A DNA stretch of 11,856 nt from assembly GCA_964388265.1 (NCBI GenBank), contig CAYLXZ010000025.1:1-11856 (forward strand), written 5' to 3'. The notes under the pieces are model-generated. The model had not been told where the DNA came from. It was given only the letters and a program-made list of their open reading frames with translations, and did no database searches. This document shows, piece after piece, positions 1-5,951 of this stretch (within the stretch, counting starts at the first letter, position 1; each line of letters opens with the position of its first letter). Made by a program: the position numbers and the translations under genes. This DNA comes from Candidatus Micrarchaeota archaeon. GTDB taxonomy: Archaea > B1Sed10-29.

Positions 1-1
1 T

Positions 2-901
2 AGCACAGGGATTGTTTGGAACACTTCAACCTGGGCTATGACTTCTCCTGGAAACTTCGTTGTGAATCTTCCAACAAGTTTCAGTGTAGTTAATGGTTCT
101 GGTGCTGATCTTACGACAGAACCACAAAACACAACGATAGATGTTTACGTACAGAACGGAACCGGAGTAGATATTGCTAAATTCCCAGTGAACTTCTCTT
201 CTAGTGATGCGAATGCTTCGAGCCTCAACGGCTCCACAGGATCGGATAATGGATATGGGTATTCATGGATCACCGTAAACGAAACTGAGATGAATGTAGA
301 AGGACAGAAAACACTGTACGTTCCGGTTGAGAACAACAGCGGATCGGTATGCGTGTTGAATGAACCTACTAATGAGTCAGAGGTTAAGAGTCTGAATCGA
401 AGTAACTGTAACAACATCATGGAACCAGGGACAACATACATCAATGATATAGAATACTATGAAATAACAGGACTAAGCCACAGCGGGGCAAAGGAAGTAG
501 AATCAATCACAGAAAACATCACAGTGAACCTCGTGTCCCCAGAAAATGGAGTAGAAAAAGAACAAGGTGACATAGGCTTCACATTCAACTACACATCCAA
601 CGTATACGAATCAGCGAACTGCACGTTAAGTCTTAACGGAACAGAGACGAACACATCGATTGTGCAGAACGATACTACAGAAACCTACACAAACAACCTA
701 GACACCGGAACCTACAACTGGAACGTAACCTGCACAAACAGCTCCACAACAGACACATCAGATACGTGGGCACTGAACGTGACACAAGAAAAGACAGTGG
801 TAGAAGCCGAAACCACAAGTGCACCAGGAATGAACCAGGTGCTCGCTGTAGTTCTATTCAGCCTTGCGGGTATTTATCTATTCCTTAAGCCAGAAAACTA
901 G
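2..901 (+). CDS. Secreted/cell-surface glycoprotein, C-terminal part (5'-truncated by window edge), with Ig-like domain and C-terminal membrane anchor
   Basis: The frame is open from position 2 (STGIVWNTSTWA precedes the ATG at 38), so the true start lies upstream of the window. It is Asn/Thr/Ser-rich, with 19 N-X-S/T sequons in the 287 aa from position 38. A Cys-paired beta-rich segment (VNLVSPENG...ANCTLSLNG...LDTGTYNWNVTC) looks like an archaeal Ig-like module. It ends TTSAPGM + hydrophobic VLAVVLFSLAGIYLFL + KPEN. Confidence 0.85.
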   Translation, partial: STGIVWNTSTWAMTSPGNFVVNLPTSFSVVNGSGADLTTEPQNTTIDVYVQNGTGVDIAKFPVNFSSSDANASSLNGSTGSDNGYGYSWITVNETEMNVEGQKTLYVPVENNSGSVCVLNEPTNESEVKSLNRSNCNNIMEPGTTYINDIEYYEITGLSHSGAKEVESITENITVNLVSPENGVEKEQGDIGFTFNYTSNVYESANCTLSLNGTETNTSIVQNDTTETYTNNLDTGTYNWNVTCTNSSTTDTSDTWALNVTQEKTVVEAETTSAPGMNQVLAVVLFSLAGIYLFLKPEN

Positions 902-926
902 AAGAAGTTGAATTTAAAGCATAGAT

Positions 927-1133
927 TTAGAACACACCGTAAAATATTGGTTGTCTGACCGCGTAGTAAGAGAAAGCCTCCATCAAAGTAGGTAGAACAA
1001 ACACTAAAAAGAAACCGAACTTCTGATTATTCTCAAGCTTCCTGTAAGTCGCTTCATCAACTACAGCAGCAATTAAAGCAACCGTGAGAACAGTTAAGAT
1101 CCAGCTTCCGATCCAACCCCAAGTTCCACACAT
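927..1133 (-). CDS. Small hypothetical membrane protein (68 aa, two predicted TM helices)
   Basis: Fills the gap between the surface protein and hel308 without overlap. Two hydrophobic stretches (WIGSWILTVLTVALIAAVV; FGFFLVFVLPTLMEAFSYYAV) are joined by a charged loop. A TATA-like TTTTATAG lies 23-30 nt upstream of the ATG on the same strand. No family recognised. Confidence 0.6.
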   Translation of the reverse strand: MCGTWGWIGSWILTVLTVALIAAVVDEATYRKLENNQKFGFFLVFVLPTLMEAFSYYAVRQPIFYGVF

Positions 1134-1155
1134 ACATCTAATTAAGTTCCTGAAT

Positions 1156-1164
1156 CTATAAAAG
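1156..1164 (-). promoter_or_regulatory. Putative TATA box for the 68-aa ORF (leaderless spacing); reads TATAAAAG on the + strand
   Basis: Minus-strand CTTTTATAG is centred about 27 nt upstream of the ATG at 1133. The same intergenic region has CGAAAAG-A-AAATAAAT (1179-1194, +), a weak BRE/TATA candidate for hel308. Confidence 0.45.
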
Positions 1165-1215
1165 CCTTACACACACCTCGAAAAGAAAATAAATCACAGG
1201 AAAGGAAATAAATAC

Positions 1216-3402
1216 ATGAAAATAAACCAACTAGTGAAGAACAAGAACCTACCCAAAGAGACATATCAAGCGCTAAAAGAAAAAGACATAACCAAACTAA
1301 ACCCAATGCAAACCAAAGCAATAAAGAAAGGCCTCCTGGACCAAGGATCCTACGTAGTGACAGCTCCAACCAGCTCAGGAAAAACACTACTAGCAGAACT
1401 ACTTACAGTGAAGAAAACCATAAACGAAGGAAAGAAAGCACTCTACCTCTGTCCCCTAAGAGCCCTAGCCACCGAACAATACCGAAACTTCAAAGACAAA
1501 TACTCCTCACTAGGATTGGAAACAGCTCTAAGCATAGGGGACTTCGACCAACAAGACAAGAAACTAGGAGAAAAAGACCTAATAGTATCAAGCTACGAAA
1601 AAGCAGATTCACTCATAAGACACGAGCCAGAATGGCTAAAAGACATAGGTCTACTCATAGTAGACGAAATACAGAACATAGACAGCGACCGAGGCCCAAC
1701 ACTAGAAGTCTTAATCTCCAAAGTCAAGAAAATAAAGCCAGAAGCCGAGATAATAGCACTATCAGCAACAGTACCCAACCCAGAGGAAATAGCAGACTGG
1801 TTAAACGCCGAAGCGATAAAATCAAACTACAGACCAGTTCCCCTATACGAAGGAATATACCACAATGGAGTAGTGAGATTCAAAGAAAGAGAAGACAGAC
1901 AGATAGATTCAAAGGAATCCAGAGAACTCAACCAGGTCACGGAAGAAACACTCTCAAACAACGAACAAGCCATAGTATTCGCCAACACACGTAAAAGATG
2001 CGAATCAAACGCAGAAAAAATCTCCAAACAAACCGAGCCACTAGCGAATAAACCAGAACTAGAAAAAATAAGTGAAAAGATACTCAACGCACTATCAAGA
2101 CCAACAGAACAATGTGAAAAACTATCCAAACTAGTTAAGAAAGGAGTAGCATTCCACCACGCTGGGCTAGTGAGAAAACAAAGAAGACTAGTGGAAAAAG
2201 CCTACGAAGACGGATTAATCAAGATAATAATAGCCACACCAACCTTGGCAGCAGGAATAAACCTACCAACCAAGAGAGTGATAATGAACTCGATGTACAT
2301 GTACACGGGAAAAGGATCACAACCGATCTCAACCAACAGATACAAACAAAGAGCAGGACGAGCAGGTAGACCACAGTACGATAACTACGGAGAATCCATA
2401 ATAATAGCCAGGAAGGAAAAAGAGATCAATAAATTCAAAGAAAAATATCTAGAGGGCTCCCTAAACCCAGTGGAATCAAAACTAGGATCCGAACCAGTAC
2501 TAAGATCACATGTACTAAGCGTGATATCTAACCTCTGTGAAGAGAAAGAATCACTCAGAAACTTCTTCTCAAAAACCTTCTACGGACAAACCTACGGCAC
2601 AACAACCCAACTAGAAAACCTACTAGAAGACATAACCCAAGACCTTGAGAAATGGGGATTCCTAGAAGAAAAAACAGAAAGAATAGAGCCTACTACAACT
2701 GGAAAAAGAGTATCAGAACTATACATAGATCCATTATCCGCACATAGAATCATAAAGTCACTAAACGAAGCTGAAGACACAGGAGAGATAGGGCACCTCT
2801 TCATGATAGCGGAAACCCAGGAAATGAAACCATACCTAAAAGTACAGAGAAGAGAAGAGCCAGAGCTCTGGGAAGAAGCAAGAAGCCACGAAGACCAGAT
2901 GATGAGAGAACTAAACGAATTTGATCTAGGAATGAACTTCCTGAACAAATACAAACTCACAAAACTAATGAGAGACTGGGTAAACGAAAAACCAGAAAAC
3001 GAATTAATGGAGAAATACGAGATACCACCAGGAATAATCAGAAGATATCTAAACAACGCTGACTGGGTACTATACTCAGCTAGTGAACTAGCCAAACTAA
3101 CAGGAAACAAAGAAAAAGTAAAAGATATACTGAGGATGAAAAAAAGAATAAAACATGGAATAAAAGAACAACTACTACCATTAACCGATATCAAGGGAAT
3201 AGGAAGAGTGAGATCAAGAAAACTATTCAACGAAGGAATAAAGAAACCAAGTGAGATAAAGAAAACACCTTACAAAACGCTTTCAGATATACTTGGACCT
3301 AAAATAGCTAAAAACGTAAAAGAAAGACTTGGACAAGAAGTTAAAGAAGAAATACAAGAAGAAAATAAATTAACAGGTCAGAGAACTATAGGCGAATATT
3401 AA
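1216..3402 (+). CDS. hel308: ATP-dependent DNA helicase Hel308/Hjm (Ski2-like SF2 helicase)
   Basis: 728 aa. Q-motif LNPMQ, motif I APTSSGKT, Ia PLRALA, Ib YEKADSL, II DEIQ then RGPTLE, III SAT, GVAFHHAGL, V ATPTLAAGINLP, VI QRAGRAGRP, SELYIDP, C-terminal HhH GIGRVRSRKL, and terminal PIP-like QRTIGEY. Confidence 0.95.
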   Translation: MKINQLVKNKNLPKETYQALKEKDITKLNPMQTKAIKKGLLDQGSYVVTAPTSSGKTLLAELLTVKKTINEGKKALYLCPLRALATEQYRNFKDKYSSLGLETALSIGDFDQQDKKLGEKDLIVSSYEKADSLIRHEPEWLKDIGLLIVDEIQNIDSDRGPTLEVLISKVKKIKPEAEIIALSATVPNPEEIADWLNAEAIKSNYRPVPLYEGIYHNGVVRFKEREDRQIDSKESRELNQVTEETLSNNEQAIVFANTRKRCESNAEKISKQTEPLANKPELEKISEKILNALSRPTEQCEKLSKLVKKGVAFHHAGLVRKQRRLVEKAYEDGLIKIIIATPTLAAGINLPTKRVIMNSMYMYTGKGSQPISTNRYKQRAGRAGRPQYDNYGESIIIARKEKEINKFKEKYLEGSLNPVESKLGSEPVLRSHVLSVISNLCEEKESLRNFFSKTFYGQTYGTTTQLENLLEDITQDLEKWGFLEEKTERIEPTTTGKRVSELYIDPLSAHRIIKSLNEAEDTGEIGHLFMIAETQEMKPYLKVQRREEPELWEEARSHEDQMMRELNEFDLGMNFLNKYKLTKLMRDWVNEKPENELMEKYEIPPGIIRRYLNNADWVLYSASELAKLTGNKEKVKDILRMKKRIKHGIKEQLLPLTDIKGIGRVRSRKLFNEGIKKPSEIKKTPYKTLSDILGPKIAKNVKERLGQEVKEEIQEENKLTGQRTIGEY

Positions 3403-3421
3403 AAGAGTTTTCTCGATCTGT

Positions 3422-4624
3422 TTAGGATTCGAAGTATTCTTCCAGCACCTTCTTAACTTTCTCAGCAGGATAAGCTAGCTTTATCAACGTGGTGTTGCCT
3501 CTTACACCTTTCCCTGAAATGTCTGTGGTAACCAATCCAAGCATGTCCAGGTCATCTATGTATTCTCTGCACCATCTTGGAGTCTTAGGTTCCTTGCCTC
3601 TCTGGTCGCAGAGAGATTCATATCTGTTGTAAACCTGTCCTGACATCAGAGTTTTCTCATCAGTAGTTCCATTGAGCTTCTCGTAATGTGCTTCGTCAGC
3701 TGTTAGTTGAGCTATAGAGTATAATAGTATCTTTTCGTGTTCTGGTAGTGTGTCTATTGTTTCCTGAACTATTTCTTCTTCCACGCTTTCTTTTGCTTTT
3801 TTTACTTCTTCATCTGTAACTTTATCTGCTCCATTTTCATCTGCTATGTCTCCTGCTTTCTGTATCAGTATTAGTGCTCTTCTTGCGTCTCCGGATTCCT
3901 GGGCTGCCATTGCTGAAGTGAGGCTTACAGCGGATTCGTCTATTTTTCCTTCTTTGAACCCTTTCTCTATTCTTTGTTCCAGGATTTCTTTCAGTTCGTT
4001 CGCGTCGTATGGTGAGAACACTATCTCTTCTTCACATAGAGTTGATCGGCTTCTTGAGTCCAGTTCGTCCTTGAAGTTAACTTTGTTGGTTATTCCTATG
4101 ATTATTAGTTGACCTTTCTCTAGTTCGTCGTTTATCCTTGTTAACGTGTAGATTAGGTCGTCTACGTTTTTGTTCTTGTCCACTTCATCGAGCATCATGA
4201 TGAAGTTGGTTTCATTTTCATTTATGTAGTCCACTAGCTTGTCATGTAGGTGAGCGAAGGAGTAGCCTATGAATTCTTGGTCAGGATAACAGTAACTGAC
4301 TGCTTTCATCACCACTTGGTACTTGGTGTCTTGTATACGGCAGTTCACGTACACGGGGTCTGCTGTTACTTCATATTTGTCTTTAACTTGAACTAGTTTG
4401 TTCACCACGTGTTTGGAAACACTTGTTTTCCCAGTACCTGTTTTTCCATATAGAAGCAGGTTATTCGACTCTTTGTTGGTGAGGGAAGGTGCCAGAGTCT
4501 TCATTATTTTTTCAATTTCTTCTTCTCTATGGGGTAAGGTGTCGGGAATGTAGTGAGGGCTCAATACGTTCCTGTCTTTGAAGACCGTTTCCTTTTGAAG
4601 TTCCTTTTCAAAGATATCGTTCAT
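3422..4624 (-). CDS. cdc6: Orc1/Cdc6 family replication initiation protein
   Basis: 400 aa. N-terminal VFKDRNVLSPHYIPDTLPHRE, Walker A GKTGTGKT, YVNC, Walker B MMLDEVD, sensor I IGITN, FSPYDANEL, sensor II GDARRAL, and a C-terminal winged helix ending LDMLGLV..ISGKGVRGNT. Confidence 0.96.
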   Translation of the reverse strand: MNDIFEKELQKETVFKDRNVLSPHYIPDTLPHREEEIEKIMKTLAPSLTNKESNNLLLYGKTGTGKTSVSKHVVNKLVQVKDKYEVTADPVYVNCRIQDTKYQVVMKAVSYCYPDQEFIGYSFAHLHDKLVDYINENETNFIMMLDEVDKNKNVDDLIYTLTRINDELEKGQLIIIGITNKVNFKDELDSRSRSTLCEEEIVFSPYDANELKEILEQRIEKGFKEGKIDESAVSLTSAMAAQESGDARRALILIQKAGDIADENGADKVTDEEVKKAKESVEEEIVQETIDTLPEHEKILLYSIAQLTADEAHYEKLNGTTDEKTLMSGQVYNRYESLCDQRGKEPKTPRWCREYIDDLDMLGLVTTDISGKGVRGNTTLIKLAYPAEKVKKVLEEYFES

Positions 4625-4647
4625 ATAATCAATCCTAATCCTTTACC

Positions 4648-4653
4648 TTAAAA
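4648..4653 (-). promoter_or_regulatory. Putative TATA box of cdc6
   Basis: Minus-strand TTTTAA begins 29 nt upstream of the cdc6 ATG (4624). AT-rich context makes a chance match possible. Confidence 0.35.
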
Positions 4654-4684
4654 TATGTGAAGTTCCCTAATTTATGTGGATATA

Positions 4685-4704
4685 TTATTGTGACGCGACA
4701 ATAA
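4685..4704. promoter_or_regulatory. Inverted repeat TTATTGT-N6-ACAATAA in the cdc6/sepF divergent promoter; candidate transcription-factor operator
   Basis: Perfect 7-bp arms at 4685-4691 and 4698-4704 surround GACGCG. The repeat overlaps a TATA-like TATATTAT (4681-4688) and ends 6 nt before the sepF Shine-Dalgarno. Confidence 0.45.
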
Positions 4705-4710
4705 AAAATA

Positions 4711-4717
4711 AGGAGGT
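4711..4717 (+). promoter_or_regulatory. Shine-Dalgarno sequence of sepF
   Basis: AGGAGGT with a 7-nt spacer to the ATG at 4725. Confidence 0.8.
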
Positions 4718-4724
4718 AATATAA

Positions 4725-5081
4725 ATGGCAAGTTTACTGGACAAATTCAAACTCGGAGGAGAAAAAGAGGAAGAAGACGTTGAAAAATACCTGAACCAAC
4801 TAGGACTAGAAGAAGGAGACCTAATGGAAGAAGAAGCAGACACATGGGTAGACTCTATGACTCTAGAAAAGATAGACGACGTGCAAAGCGTTATGAGAGA
4901 AGTAAGAGAAGGAAACATAGTTCTGGTGGACATCAAACCACTCTACAAGAAGAATAACGTCAAACTAAGACAATCAATCTCCGAACTAAAGGGAACTGTA
5001 ACCGACCTAAACGGAGATATAGCCCGACTATCCGAAGAAAAAGTGCTTGTAACACCAGCGGGAATCAAGATAAGAAGATAA
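4725..5081 (+). CDS. sepF: Cell division protein SepF (archaeal FtsZ membrane anchor)
   Basis: 118 aa. N-terminal amphipathic MASLLDKFKLG, acidic linker, then the archaeal SepF core (EVREGNIVLVDI...L...ISELK......GDIARL....VLVTPAGIKIRR). Strong SD. Confidence 0.92.
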   Translation: MASLLDKFKLGGEKEEEDVEKYLNQLGLEEGDLMEEEADTWVDSMTLEKIDDVQSVMREVREGNIVLVDIKPLYKKNNVKLRQSISELKGTVTDLNGDIARLSEEKVLVTPAGIKIRR

Positions 5082-5099
5082 AACCAAGATTCCCCTATC

Positions 5100-5121
5100 T
5101 AGGTTCCTTTTTAGGAGCCTG
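5100..5121 (+). other. Intergenic stem-loop between sepF and the downstream ORF
   Basis: AGGTTCCT-TTTT-AGGAGCCT (5101-5120) forms an 8-bp stem with one U-G pair on + strand RNA, extendable by U5100-G5121. Function unknown. Confidence 0.5.
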
Positions 5122-5141
5122 AAAAAGAACTGAAGGAGCAA

Positions 5142-5942
5142 ATGAAGCATATGGCTAAACTAGAAAACCCTGCTGCCTCTCTCCGAATCGAATTCAAGGA
5201 CATAATGGATATACTGTCCGATATATTGAAGGAGAGGAACTGGAAGAAGTTCGACACTTCCAACATTAATCTAACATATTATCCTTACTATATATTTAAC
5301 TATGATGTGTTAGTGGAGCAAGAGGTCAGGGGACAACAGGTTTCTCAGGGTTTCTCAGGTAAAACTGCTCTTAATGCAATAGAAGCCGATCTTGAACCAG
5401 CTTTAACAGAAGTTATGGATAACCAACCTATAGATTTCGAGAAAGAGATAGCTACAGATATAGATTATGACTTGAAGACTCCGGCTATTTCTGAAGATGA
5501 GAAGAAAGAAACAACCAAGATCAAGCTAGCGAGCCAGTTCAATGTATCTAAAGAAGATGTAGCAACATCTGCATATAGATTGGTTTACTGGCCGATCTGG
5601 GTTATATTCGTTAAGATCCCTGGAGAAGGAATACAGAAACTGATGATTGATGGAGTAGCGGGATATCCTCTGAATGTTGAAGAGGTTCCTGAAAGAGAGA
5701 AAGGCTGGGTAGAAGTATCTAAAGATACATTTGAGAAGCTGAAATCTCCAAAGGGTTGGGGTGAATTAGGTAAGACCGCTGCCAAGGCTACTGCCGGTGG
5801 AATGAAGACAGCGGTAACCAAGGAAAGAGAAGAAAGCTCTAAAACTTCTGGAGCAGTTCATTGGCTTTTCCATACAAAAACAGGACAGTACACAGTTATT
5901 TTACTTGTTCTTCTTATCTTGCTCTGGATATTTATGAGGTAG
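5142..5942 (+). CDS. Hypothetical tail-anchored membrane protein with two internal YxP-aromatic repeats
   Basis: 266-aa ORF filling the sepF-DP2 gap. GAAGGAG at 5132-5138 (start may be ATG 5142 or 5151). No signal peptide, and a single C-terminal hydrophobic helix YTVILLVLLILLWIFM. Repeated LTYYPYYIF / LVYWPIWVIF motifs. Confidence 0.85.
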   Translation: MKHMAKLENPAASLRIEFKDIMDILSDILKERNWKKFDTSNINLTYYPYYIFNYDVLVEQEVRGQQVSQGFSGKTALNAIEADLEPALTEVMDNQPIDFEKEIATDIDYDLKTPAISEDEKKETTKIKLASQFNVSKEDVATSAYRLVYWPIWVIFVKIPGEGIQKLMIDGVAGYPLNVEEVPEREKGWVEVSKDTFEKLKSPKGWGELGKTAAKATAGGMKTAVTKEREESSKTSGAVHWLFHTKTGQYTVILLVLLILLWIFMR

Positions 5943-5951
5943 TCTCTTGAT

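Noticed and set aside
2592..3230. 212-aa antisense ORF in hel308 and other antisense ORFs (e.g. 145-444, 1142-1387, 7522-7965, 8258-8563, 10242-10643, 11563-11757)
   Set aside because: They lie wholly or largely opposite well-supported genes. Their F/S/L-rich, pseudo-hydrophobic composition is the mirror of E/K-rich sense codons.
3403..3421. Terminator between convergent hel308 and cdc6 (GAG-TTTT-CTC)
   Set aside because: A 3-bp stem and a T4 run are too weak to call.
4627..4642. Short tandem AATC-AATCCT-AATCCT just before the cdc6 start
   Set aside because: Only about 2.7 copies of a 6-mer. It reads as AGGATT on the coding strand and may simply be weak SD-like sequence. Too short to support a claim.
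4675..4683. DnaA-box-like TGTGGATAT (one mismatch to TGTGGATAA)
   Set aside because: Single imperfect copy in an archaeal locus that uses Orc1/Cdc6; expected by chance.
4625..4724. Replication origin (oriC) upstream of cdc6
   Set aside because: The spacer is only 100 bp and is largely taken up by promoter/SD elements. It has no ORB (TTCCAGTGGAAA-like with G-string) repeats and no distinct unwinding element. A non-canonical origin cannot be excluded.
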